Assembly (NCBI GenBank): GCA_024626585.2
Contig: JANKJI020000001.1
Coordinates: forward strand, 2,022,653 to 2,051,256
DNA from: Ginkgo biloba
Taxonomy: Eukaryota; Plantae; Ginkgophyta
DNA length: 28,604 nucleotides
Reading direction: 5' to 3'
A program made the position numbers and the translations under genes. Positions 11,658 through 23,600 of the stretch are shown here, piece after piece. Under the pieces are notes generated by a model. It was not told the DNA's origin. It ran no database searches and was given only the letters and a program-made list of their open reading frames with translations. Each line of letters starts with the position of its first letter. Positions within the stretch are counted from its first letter, which is position 1.

Positions 11658-13725
11658 CATAGTCGAAACAATTCGTCCTTCTTTCTTGCGAGGACTACAT
11701 GGGCCACGTATGGACTTACTATCAGTGATTGTTGTGTCAACCTTTCAATTTTAGACTTCTGTTTGAAATCGTGCATATATGGTTTGACGATGGTAGGTCC
11801 CTACTTAGGCTTGATCTCAGTGATATGCTCCATTCCTCTTTCCAGGGGTATTTCTTTTGGCCACTCTTGGAAAACCTAAGGGTGTTTTTGTCTTTTTTTT
11901 TTTTTAAAAATATGTCCTATATTTACAAAAACATATTTACAGAGAGTGTAGCACAAAATGATACAATGAGGAAGGGTATATACAAAAGACATCATATCTT
12001 CTTCCGCAGAGCTACTAGGACTGAATTAAAATCTGAATATGTTCTAGGCTCCAAAGTTTGGGCATCTAGGGGTGTTTGTCAATTACCATCATGATTTCCC
12101 TATCTTGTGCTTCAGTGGGAGCCTCATCGTTACTAGTTAGGATTGGTTGTTGAACTTCCATATGGCATAGTTTAGCTATAAATCCAAGGTGGCCCTTTTC
12201 TAGTATCTTATTCATCTGTTGTAAGTGTACTACCTTGTTGTTGGAAGCTTGTATCCCCTCTATTGTATATTTTTATCCTTGGAGCTTAGATGTAAGGAAG
12301 TCTTCTGTGTTATTAGTGCCATATGTTCCCAATGTGATCAACCATTGCACTCCTAGTATTGCATCCACTCCTCCCACTTATATTACATAGAAGGGATCCT
12401 TAATTATATACTCTCCTAGTTTTAACTCCATATTATTTACTACTCCTATGCACATAATTTATATTTCCTTAACACACTTATAGGGATTATTTATATTATG
12501 TCCACATAGAGAATAATTGTTTAATTTTCTTCTTGTCAACTATGTTTAGGGCACTTCCAGGGTCAACCATTACCAAGATTTTATTTTTCTTTATGTACTT
12601 ATTTAATTTGAATGTATCAAGTTACTTTAGCCCTATCATGATGGGGAATAATTTTTTTGGCTCTTTGACGTCCATTATGGCCTCAATTCTTATATACTCA
12701 ATTAAGTTTATATCATCATTATTATCTTAAGATGAATATTCTTCTTATTATTCTATGACAATATATTCATTGTATATTCTCTCATATTATTTTCTTTTGG
12801 CCTCTACCATGAACATATTTTTTGGGCCATATTTATGGTCACATGACCATGGTTCCTTACATTGGTAGAACATCCTTCCTTCAGCGTTTGGTTTAATCCC
12901 CATTAAATAATTATTTTGATGAGCTTGTATTTTTGTTAGTATTATTCCTTATTCATTGTATAGGGATCTTATTTGATTTGGGAGGTACCTTCATTTAAAA
13001 TATTGACGCCTTTCTTCTACCTACCATGCATAACAAATTATCATTTCTAAGGTTTATGGTTAGAACATTATGACGTATGATCTTAGTTTGGATCTTAATT
13101 TTACAATATAGAATTACATCATATTCACTTATCCTTTATATTGAAGGAACTAGAACTTTTTTATATAGTCTTCTATAGACGTCTCCCTCTAGTATAGGTG
13201 TTTTAACTAGATGTTATATGACTCATTCTATTTTTAGTTTTCCCTTTAAGAAAAATTCAAAGTGAATATTTTAAATAATCCTATTATAGTGTAATTTTGA
13301 TCTCACCATCTTACTTCCCATACTCTTATGCCCATTTTCTCTATTTCCTTTATTATCCCTACTTGACTGTAGTCCATCCTTAGCTTATTAATCCATTCAT
13401 GAGATTCAATAGGACCATTTAATATGTAGTTCATGATTTTTAGTTATATATTATATTTGATTATTCTATTACTTGCTTGAATAACTTCTACTTGGTTATT
13501 TCTTATTCCTTGCTACTGCTCCTGAGAGTTGTTTGACTCTTGGTGCAAAAATATCTTATGACTTGAACTTATAGTAATACCTTATCCTTGCGTATTAAGC
13601 TATTCATGAATTTGACTAAGTCATTCTAACATATTATATAACTTTCCTATTAGGTTTTGCATTCCATCCTCTAAGTGGTTGATTCTAGAATCTAATTTAT
13701 CATAGGTGGAATTGTGCAATTTTGG
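11658..13725 (-). mobile_element. Decayed Ty3/Gypsy element B: gag, zinc knuckle, aspartic protease, RT N-terminus
   Basis: Gag NGPIESHEWINKL (~13381-13420); knuckle YQCKEPWSCDHK (~12835-12870); protease ILVMVDPGSALNIV (~12540-12580) and DAILGVQWL (~12340-12366); RT VFQEWPKEIP..RGMEH...PY...QKSKIE...SPY..VVLARKKD..RLC (11658-11875). Confidence 0.9.
11893..12065 (-). mobile_element. 173-nt poly(A)-tailed non-LTR retroposon (5'-truncated LINE or SINE) nested in Gypsy element B
   Basis: T13 at 11893-11905 (A-tail on minus). Flanking near-identical repeats ctaagggtgtttttgtc (11876-11892) and ctaggggtgtttgtc (12066-12080). Removing the insert restores MVIDKHP*VFQEWP. Confidence 0.8.
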
Positions 13726-13825
13726 NNNNNNNNNNNNNNNNNNNNNNNNNNNNNNNNNNNNNNNNNNNNNNNNNNNNNNNNNNNNNNNNNNNNNNNNNNN
13801 NNNNNNNNNNNNNNNNNNNNNNNNN

Positions 13826-14922
13826 TCCCCTATATCTAACAATGGTTGAGTTTTGGGTTCCTCAATTATGTCCTTGGCGTTATTGCTTTGTTGAATTTGC
13901 TTCATTTCTTGTTCATTTGCCGCTCCTTGTTCATTGTCTACTTCTTTTGGTTACTCTCTTTGTGCTTCTGGCACAAAAAGCTTCTTTTATAACACTTATG
14001 ATTGCGAGACCACGCGACTCTGCAATGGTAGCACTTGTTCCTGTGGCTTCCTTCTTGTGGTATATTTTCTTTGTTGCCTTTTGGTCATTCAATTATTGCT
14101 GTTTGCTTCCCACTGTGGTTGCCCCTTGGTGCTATCTGAGCTCTCCTCTAAGTAAGAATGAATCTCCTTTTAAAAGCTTGTTGTTTCTATTTTGCTTTGC
14201 GAGCATAAAATACTACTTCTTCCAGGCTTGTAGGACGGAACATTCTAATTTTTGCGCTAAGCTTGGCTCTAAGGTTTGCAATGTTGAATTCTCACATGTT
14301 TCTTTCTCTCATATTGGCTTTTATTTCTAGGATCTAGAACTTTTCAGTGTAGTCTTCAACTTCCATTTCCCTTTGATAGAAATATGCTAGTTGAATATTG
14401 TAAGATTGGTTCCAATTTCGATCCGCTCGTTGATAGGAGTCATGGACGAATATTTTGAAAACTTCAAATGCTATTTGGTTCTTGTCCCACCATCTTGATC
14501 CCCAAATATGTGCTGGTCCTTCCATGAATTGAATGGCCATTTATAACTTTTCAAATTCATCATTTATCCCTAGTTGGTGGAATGCCATCTTTAATTTGCT
14601 TACCCATTCATGCGGCTCTACGGGTCCATTGAATGAATAGTTTGGAGTTCTTAGTTGTAGATTATTGGAAAACTTTACTATTATTTCTGATAGAAACATT
14701 GCCATGGTTGTTATTACCACCTTTTTGGCCTTCTTTAAGAACCTTACGTTGTTGATGCAAGAGTGTTTGATTGCTTGAACTTCTGCTTATATTTGACCTT
14801 CCTTCCATTCTTTCGAGAGTAGCTTGGATGTTTTTGAGAGAATCTTCGACCGAATTGAGCCTTGTGTTGAACTGTTTGTAGCTCCTATTGTGCCACTCTG
14901 GGATCGTCTCCCCTTCCTCCAT
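13826..14922 (-). mobile_element. Ty3/Gypsy element A: gag with zinc knuckle (several stops)
   Basis: FNGPVEPHEWVSKL...AIQFMEGPAHIW...YQREMEVEDYTEKF...FRPTSLEE, then CYHCRVAWSRNHKC (~13993-14035). Confidence 0.88.
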
Positions 14923-14982
14923 ACCATCGTTGGCTTGTTGCCTTATTAGTACTGTATACTTACTTGGTCTTAGAGCATTTCC

Positions 14983-14994
14983 ACTTTGATACGC
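14983..14994 (-). promoter_or_regulatory. Degenerate tRNA-iMet primer-binding site
   Basis: actttgatacgc versus canonical gctctgatacca (8/12), followed by a 2-nt spacer and TG at 14997, directly upstream of gag A. Confidence 0.5.
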
Positions 14995-14996
14995 CT

Positions 14997-15577
14997 TGTA
15001 GCATCCTAAATGGGAAGATTACTAAATAATTCAAAGAAAATAGCAATCATAAAAGAAGAGAAAAGTATGCAATCCAAACAATTGAGCAAAATATCCGACA
15101 ATATGTCGAAATTGGTTAAGATAGTCACAATATTCAATACGCAATGGAATATCACAATAATCAAGAGTAGACCAAGATAGAGTGGAAAAAGAAGAGATTC
15201 TAGGGAACCTGTTAACCAAAGGAGATAGATGGGGTGTGGGGAATCTTCTACCCATAAGAGAATTCTTTAGTAGAAGAACCTACTTCCTATAACATATCAA
15301 CTACTAAAATTAGGATGTTGGAAGAGTTATAGATGATCTTCTAATAAAGAATGAAGAAATGATGCCTATTTATAACTCAAACTTGGGCACTTGACTTCTG
15401 GCTACTTCTAGGTTAGATGGGGATGCTCCTTACTTCAAGGAACATGTGTGCCCTCCATATAATATTGTTTTGAATCCTTTTTAGGCTAAATTTGTTCTCT
15501 TGTGACCTTATCTAATGTGTAACTTGGGCTAGATCCCTCTTAGCTCTTAGTTATGACTTAAGGTCACAGCAATATCA
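14997..15577 (-). mobile_element. Probable 5' LTR of element A (~580 nt)
   Basis: TG at 14997 next to the PBS; cctatttata (minus-strand TATAAATAGG) at ~15365-15374; candidate end aatatCA at 15577 (TGATATT on minus). The right boundary is uncertain. Confidence 0.55.
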
Positions 15578-17764
15578 TTAGGAGTAAAATAATGAAGGTT
15601 TGAGTATTCCTTAGGTTTTTTTTAGATGCTTTTACAGATCAAAGGTCACACCTTCCAATCCTGTATGAAGGATATATCAATTGGTTAGGTAAAAAGATTA
15701 GTTTGCTTTTCTTTGGTCTATTTTGAAGAAAAATAAATTATATTATATAGTATCCACTAGAGTTATGTCTAAGACTGTAGGCCTAGATGTAAAGTGAGAG
15801 GAAAGGATAGGAGAAGGAAACAAAGATAATTTTAAACTACTAGAGAATCATTTCATAATTCATCTAGAATAAGAATAAAATGAGAGGGATCAACTGATCA
15901 ATTTGGATGATTATTAAGAGGGTGCTCTTGAGGACCAAGTAAATGAGATGCATAACCCAGTGTGAAAGATGTGATAAGAGTAGGAGATACAGAGGTCCAT
16001 GACATAAATTATTTCACTAATATAGGAGATGAAGGTATGGAATTCAATCATAAGTATTTATTCTCCAGTGGTTCCTCTACCACCTTTACCTCATCATTTG
16101 AATTATGCTTCTAATTCTTCTTAGCATAGTATTACTCTTGCTTCTAGATCTATTGTGTATCCAACCTTGGGATAAAACCCCTTCCAAGTTGAGTATAAGA
16201 TTAAGATAAATATGTTTGATTGGAAGATGGAATTTGAGTCTTTAGAGACTTATATATGGGCCATGGAGGTTTATTTCTCTTGTTAGTTTTATACAATTGA
16301 GCAACAAATCTCCTTTGCCAAGTTAAAGATTGTTGACATCTTATTTTGATCCAGCCAAGAAGGACAATGAAGAATAAAAGGTGAAGGATCACCAAGAAGT
16401 TATGAATGTCCTAGAAGGTATTGTTTTCCTAACCGATTGAGGGAACTCTTACAGTTACCAGNNNNNNNNNNNNNNNNNNNNNNNNNNNNNNNNNNNNNNN
16501 NNNNNNNNNNNNNNNNNNNNNNNNNNNNNNNNNNNNNNNNNNNNNNNNNNNNNNNNNNNNNAAATGCAGTCAATGGGAAACACAAGCATGTGGTACAGCC
16601 CAAAGGAGCACTGTTACTGACTCCAAATGTAAAACTAAGAAACTGAGGAATACAATAAAATATAGTAAAATGATACATAGGATACATTCAAAAGTGGTGT
16701 GAGGGTTTTTCCCATTTGCATTCCAACTCCAAATATATAAAATGTCACCAGGGTCTATATAATGTCACCAGAACAACAAATGAACATGTACAAGATAGAT
16801 CTACAGGTTATCCACAACTGAGTAGTCTTGCAAGGCCTGTCGAATGATCTTCTCAGTGGTCTGGTCGGCGGTCGAATGTCGGAGAGATATAGAGTCCTGT
16901 AGCATAATTCGGCTCTTGATAAGATGGGGATGGAGCATCCTTAAAGTGGATGTTCCAGCAGTTAACGTGCATTAACATTCTGCTAAAAGGATTCACAGTC
17001 CAGGGATTTGCATACTCTAAGTGATGAATATAAAAACTGGGTTGTATCATAGGCATCATGCAGTGTACATTTGGGTGTTTTTTAAGAGTTTAAAATAGAT
17101 GTCAAGTATTCCTATGCATGCACATAAAGAATCCATCTCTTGATACTTCACATATCTGAGTTTTCTCATTCGAATTATGGATTAAGGTCTATTGAAAAAT
17201 AGTCCTGGAAATATGCAGGACCAATTAGAATCACCAGGATTATGTTCTGTCCCTTCACAAATATCTAGTAGTTGTTGCAAATCTTATGAATCCATTTTGA
17301 ACAATGATAATATTTTAGCAAATGTTTTTAAACATCTGGCAATATTGTAGGAGAACACCAACAGTTAGAAGCAAACTATGAACTTCAGCATTTGAAGTTG
17401 TGGCCAATTCAGAGGTGCTTTACTGAAGAAATTGAGATTGTGGGAATCTTGCTATGCTAGAAAAGATTAACTTTTTTAGAATCAGCTTGGTCTTTTCGTT
17501 TTTCCTTCCTTACGAAGATTGGTATACTGCAGCTTATCCAGCTAACCTTACATGCCTAACTCTCTCTGTTATATTAAATATGGAAAGTCCTAGGTGTGAA
17601 GTATCTTTCATTTTAGGGATGAATAATTTTCCAAAATTTTTGCACTGCTAATATTTTACTGTTTTGCAAGAGTGCTTTGTGTTCAACTTTCCACACATTG
17701 AGCCAATTTCTGTTAGGAATGTATTTTTTTGAAAGAGTTATAACTTCTTTGCCTCCTTATGCAG

Positions 17765-17851
17765 CTTTTAGACTGGATGTTGGGTAAAGGACATATGGTT
17801 CTTTTACGCCGAGCGGAGTTAAAGACACTTGTGGATATGCATGGAAATGAG
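17765..17851 (+). CDS. CBSDUF exon: LLDWMLGKGHMVLLRRAELKTLVDMHGNE
   Basis: Pyrimidine tract plus gcAG acceptor at 17763-17764; 87 nt; GTATGT donor at 17852. Confidence 0.96.
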
Positions 17852-18368
17852 GTATGTAGCAGTAGCAACATAAAATCTCTGGACTCCATATTATTATGGG
17901 CTTCCTTTATTATGAAAATGCGATATTTTTGCCTATGCTTGTAGTCAGAAGTGGATACAGTTTATCAATGTTGGGCACATTTCTTATTTCTGTGTTTTAT
18001 TGCTCGTAAAAGAAACTTATTGGAACTATATATCTGATCAGACACATGGTGCATAGCTTATAGCATGCACATCACCAGCAGAGTTGATCTTTCATTGTCG
18101 TGAATATGATACCGTGTCAATTTTCCTTCTTGTTAAGACTATCTGAAGTAATCTCTTTTGCGACCTTACACCTGTTGGCTATAGGTAAGGCCATTCTTTG
18201 CATAATGATGTTTCCATGTGGTGCTGAATGTGGGGTAAAGATGAAGCCAAGTGGTGTTTGTGAAATGTGCACTTGCAGTTGTGCATTCACATATGAGAAT
18301 GGAAGAGAGGAGTCATAGTATTATATATTGAATTCCTTGACAGTTTGGCAAGAGCTATAATTTTTGCC

Positions 18369-18768
18369 GTCTCCTTATATGTTAATGGTGCATATAAGGG
18401 TAAACTAGGCACAACATATTTTTGTTGTGTTTTAATGGATAGATAGAATAATTTCATCGCAATACATACACTCTTGATCCATTTTTCTTGAATCAATAAT
18501 GTAGCCAAGTATGTGGCCTTGATTAAAGCATTGGAGGTACTTTTTGTCGAAGGCATTACCAAGTCTTGTCTTGTCTGACTCCCTGCTCTTGTGTAATCGA
18601 TTGAATTTGTGGCAGTTTGGTAAGAGCAAAGCCTTAAGGGAGTACTATAGTTCTACATTTTAGCTCTAGGACCACTTTGTCTATTTCAAAATTTCACATG
18701 CTATGTGATCTCTAAACACCCATGCAGACTTCTTGGCCAAGCCTTGCCTCAACCAACTTGCCTTATAG
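18369..18768 (+). mobile_element. Decayed archaeal-type RNase HI (RVT_3-like) domain of retroelement origin
   Basis: YVNGAYKGKLG...VLMD...INNVAKYVALIKALE...GI, frameshift near 18565, then SDSLLL...LREY...FKISHAM*SLNTHADFLAK. These match DGA.KGNPG, NN.AEY.AL, DS.L and H..R..N..AD.LA in order. Confidence 0.85.
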
Positions 18769-21172
18769 TAATGAAGCTCGCTTTAGCCACAATGTTGTTT
18801 ATTGAGCCTTCCTTACCTACCCTTCTTTTGATTTAGATCAAAACAATAGTTCCTCTTAAGACTTTACCTCATCTATTGCACTTCTGTTATCCCCCATGCT
18901 AACTCTGCATTGGTTGTTATCATTCTTTCCTCTTCAGTGGCTTCTAATAGACCTTGATGAAAGTGTCATCGAATTTGAGGATTATCACTAGATGATGGTG
19001 AAGATTTGGTTGATTCATCAAGGTTCCCTTTTGCCTAGCTCTAGGAGTGGTCCTACGTTTAATTTCCACTAATCCTTTTGATTTTTTAGACAAATTTTTA
19101 TTTCTAAGTCCTTGAACTAATCAATTATTTGGTGCTACTGCACTCCTTCAATCTTCTACTTCGCTCTTGGCCTCTTTTGCTTCATGGTTGGCATTTTCTT
19201 CCTTATCACTTTCATCTATGTTGCCTCTATCCTTGATAGCAATATCAACCTCCCTTGTTGCATTAGTCATGGCCTCCTCTACTATTTGGATCCCAGGTGT
19301 AGTCACTATGGGTTTATGAATAGTTTCACATATCTTAGTCTTGCTTCTGTGATATAATGGTTTGGATGATTTGATCCAACATGTCCAACATTTTGTCTCT
19401 ACTTGTATTGCTAGTGGTATTAATGTTCCATAACACTAGATGGTATTATTCCAAATCACATTCACTCACGATGCCAGGAATTGATATGATACTTTGCCTC
19501 ATAACTTAGTACAATTATGGGAAGAGATTATGAGCTTTCTAATTACTCAATTTTCTCACACTGATAAGAATTAATAAGCCGCAAATGATCTATTAGGATT
19601 TTTTTAGGGAGTGGAAGAGTCTTAAAAGGCATATTTAATTATTATTAGTAGAGAGTCAAATCATAGGTGAATGAATATATCTTATTGACCTATTTTGAGA
19701 ATTATCCCCATGCTATATCCTAATGGGATTTGTGATGCAATAAGCCAATAATACTGGAGGAAGAAATATAGGCTATTCAGATATTTGAAGACGGCTTAAA
19801 TGTTGTCTCTCAAATATATCCTAGAGTACAAGATTATAATTTTAAAATGTTAGACTACTTTAGGGTCCTTAACCACTAGTACCTTATGATTTGGTCTAAA
19901 ATCCATATTTAATTTATGTTGATAAAATGATATTTACATTTCAACCTGATCTTGTATTATCACTAGCATGTACACCTACTCCCCCCAACTAATTGAACAT
20001 GAGGCTATCTTAGAGCAATCACCACTCTTATTGATAGATTGCTTAGCCCGATAAATTGAGAATATGATAAATATTTAATATAAAGTAGAAAATTAGATGT
20101 TTAATATTTTGTGAGATAGTCAAGATTGATAAAATAATCGATAATAATGAGGTCAACCAGTGAATGCTAATCAACAATGCCCTAATGTGTCGATAATGCC
20201 ACCACAATAGGAGTATAACTAACCACCTAATCAAGAAGAACATGCATTATCTTAGTATGTACAAAGAGAATTAAGAGGCTATAGATGGTGGGGTGGTCCT
20301 ATCAATAGATGAGGGGTAGTAGAGTATGCTACTACTAAGCCTATACCTTTCTACATACACTATCAAGTGAATGGACACTCCAAAGAAAATTACTAGTATC
20401 TCCATGATTATCCCAATTGTCTGTGTAAACATACACTAACTAAATACCCCACTACAAATGAGTAGTATAATGCAAGCTAAGTATATGGTCATAGGGAAGG
20501 ATAGCATCCAAGATCATCTCCACCTAGACTAGTACATCCCATGGTGTATCATTCTAATCAATGGCCTACTACTCCCCCACAAGTAGCATAGGCTACTAAG
20601 ATTCAATGCAGTCATGTTTATGGCCTACTTATTCAAGGAGTATAATATGTTTTTCCACTACATTTATTAAATTTCATAAAAGGTGATTTAAATGCATTCA
20701 AAACCAAATACCATAAGAAACTATTGCATAACAACCACTTATGTATCATTAAGTGCTAATTGACTTAGTCAAATTCAACACATAATCCAAGTCTATTGTC
20801 AACAAAAAAGTGATCACTTAGCTTGTTGACATCAATAAACCTTAATATATCATCTTTATAAGTTTTATGAGAAAGGTTATGGATATGCCTTTTGGCCATG
20901 AGGTTAATACCTAAACCTTCAACATAATTATTCTAAATAAATCTATTAAAGTTCGAACTTGTACAACTCATAATAAATAGATATGAGTATAGGATATGCC
21001 TACACCACATGAATGCATTATAAAGTGAAGGATGGAAAATTTGTATTCATTATATGTTATAAATAATATTATNNNNNNNNNNNNNNNNNNNNNNNNNNNN
21101 NNNNNNNNNNNNNNNNNNNNNNNNNNNNNNNNNNNNNNNNNNNNNNNNNNNNNNNNNNNNNNNNNNNNNNNN

Positions 21173-22050
21173 TGCACAACCTTGCATTCATCATCGTACC
21201 ATTTATTCATGGGACAGGAGCTGACCGAGTGAGTGGACGTAGGACGGTGTATAGTGTGTGGGAAGGAATCCTGAGCTACTTCCAAAAGGATGTGATCTAA
21301 AAACTCCGATTTCCTATTAATATCAGTGAGCGAATGGAACTCGGGGAGTAGTTGAAAAAGCTAGGTAGTATATGCATGAGATGAGGAGTGGTCAAACTCA
21401 AAAGAGATATAGCGGGATGAACTAGAGTGTTCGGAGGAAAAGGGAGATGGAGCAAGGCGAGGACAAGAAAGCTTAAAGGCCAGATAGGCATGGTTAGCAA
21501 GTGGGAGCCTGTCAGACACATGGAAACTGTGAATGTGCGGAATAAGGGATATGATGACTAAAGCATAATCAACCACAGTAGCACTCCCCTTGTGAGGAAA
21601 ACATGCGTATTTATTAGAGTCGNNNNNNNNNNNNNNNNNNNNNNNNNNNNNNNNNNNNNNNNNNNNNNNNNNNNNNNNNNNGACTCACCCATCACAAGCA
21701 GATGTCTCCCATAAGCAGTGGTTGGGCCAATGTTATCAACCGAGCACTGTTTTAGACCAAGATCCTCCACATCTAGCTCACGGAGGCGGAGCTCATCTTC
21801 TGTAAAATATCATGAAGCGGACCTTGTTGGCACCTAGTCCGAGCATTGAAGTCTCCCAATAGTAAGACTTTTCGTAGAGCAGAGTACTANNNNNNNNNNN
21901 NNNNNNNNNNNNNNNNNNNNNNNNNNNTCAGTGTGCACCACAAAATTGGAAGGAAATAATAGATTGCCACATAAACATCCCGAAAGGGAGATCCCCTCCT
22001 AATTCGAAACTAATTGTATCTAGAATGTTCATCAGATGCTACCACAATGA
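21173..22050 (-). mobile_element. LINE APE endonuclease region (L2/CR1-like signature)
   Basis: LLLGDFNARTR (GDFNAR at 21839-21856), SVD...YGRHLL, VDYALV...F.V...LANH (SDH equivalent), then KWYDDECK (PWFD.EC-like). Confidence 0.85.
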
Positions 22051-22219
22051 CCATGGACCTGAAGCAATCCCGAATGAGACATTCTACACCTGGGGCCGCA
22101 GACCCCACCAGAACACTTAGTACACTGTCTGAAAGTAGAGGCCCAATGATATCCGGAGATAGGTGGCAAAACTAAGGTTATGACTTTAACTCCAGTGAGG
22201 CTATATCATTTTTATTCTA

Positions 22220-22490
22220 CTTTTGAAGCAAAGGCTATCAATATCGTCTCTTCATCTATATACTTAGGCATACGATTATCAGGTGCATTATTTGATATAT
22301 GTCCCACAAGACAACCTTGGCTATGTAAACATGTATGCCTCCTTTTTAGTCTTTGGGAGACAATGCTTCCAAAACGACTTATAGGATGTCCTTACCAAAC
22401 AACAACCNNNNNNNNNNGAATCAAATACTTGTCCAACAACCATTTGACATTGTTGTTAAGCGGCAAGCCTATGATTTTACATGCATGAGA
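22220..22490 (+). mobile_element. LINE RT C-terminal fragment
   Basis: INIVSSSIYLGIRLSG (IE.V..Y.YLG motif), followed by decayed FD..V..P...-like sequence. Confidence 0.6.
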
Positions 22491-22849
22491 ATTCAAAATT
22501 CCTAGTTTCTCCATAACATATTGGGTTCCAACTGAGAGAGTTCAAATGTATTGAAAATTCCGTTGGATTTCATAAAATGGAGTTCAAATGTACGAATCAC
22601 TTGGTAAGAAAATCCCCTGCAAATTACCATGGTCGTTGGTAAGAAATCTGAGCGCAAATGCCACAAAATCGCATAATTACTCCACAGCTGGCGTCGCGGG
22701 GCCAGGTGCAGGTGCAAAGAGAAATATTTTTCCCGTTTGTTGCTAGGCCTAGGATTAAAATTCATTAATGCTCATTCCCTCCAAACTCAATCCATAATGT
22801 TTTAATAATTAATGATTCTAGTATACCAAAACCTAAAGTTGGGCCATAT

Positions 22850-23600
22850 ATGTAGTCAATTTCTAAATAACTCACCAAATATTCACTTGGGGATCAATTC
22901 CACATAGAACTTTAAAGGACTCATAATTTTTATTGTATTTATTTCTTAATGTAATTATTTAATCTATCTCCATCTTCCCAAGAGCTATAAATTAAACATG
23001 AATCCAAAGATTAATAGTTGCTTAGTACATTGGGATGAAGTATTATGTTAGTTATGCATGATATTTTGTATATCATTACACTAAGAGTAAACTAATAATG
23101 TGTTCCCATATAAATCTTACATACCAATTTTCAATCAATTATTAGTCACTTCTATAGTACAAGTATATACGATCAATCCTACACTTTTACCTGCATAGGT
23201 TGATAACTCTTAAAGTCCTTATTAACCTCATCACTAAGTCTAGTATTTTTTAGTTGTACCAATTGTTCAAATATTATGGTCTATATATTCTCACTTGTTG
23301 GTCCATAGTCCTAGTAAACCACCTCGGGTATCCATTGAGCATATCCTTAGCCAATATAAGTTTATTATTTCCACATACACTATATAGTCCATAAGTCTTA
23401 TTCTTTATCATTAGTATATAGCAAGATGTTTTTCCATAGCCTTTAGTAATTGAACAACCTAAATTTCATGTAGTGCATCCAAACTTTACAAATAAGAATA
23501 ACTACCACATCAAAATAGCATCAACTGACTTGTCAACATAAATTTATCATCAAATTAAGATCTTATATTATAATGATAATCTAATTTATTAACATCAGTA
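22850..23600 (-). mobile_element. Very decayed Ty3/Gypsy integrase remnant
   Basis: PFKVLCGIDP (~22890-22918; PF.VLYG..P motif) and a weak LP...GKS-like motif near 23190. Confidence 0.4.

Noticed and set aside
13722-14330. 202-aa hydrophobic + strand ORF resembling a membrane or env-like protein
   Set aside because: It is the antisense of A-rich gag sequence, which yields Leu/Phe/Val-rich frames, and its start runs into a gap.
21173-22490. Divergent LINE EN (minus) and RT-tail (plus) fragments as one twin-primed inverted insertion
   Set aside because: The geometry is compatible, but the EN part retains CpGs while the RT part looks more decayed, and no TSD or tail is visible. Independent insertions are more likely.
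22500-22800. Short GC-rich patch (and similar ones at about 25500-25870) as possible MITE or DNA-transposon ends
   Set aside because: I could not identify terminal inverted repeats or a TSD by eye.
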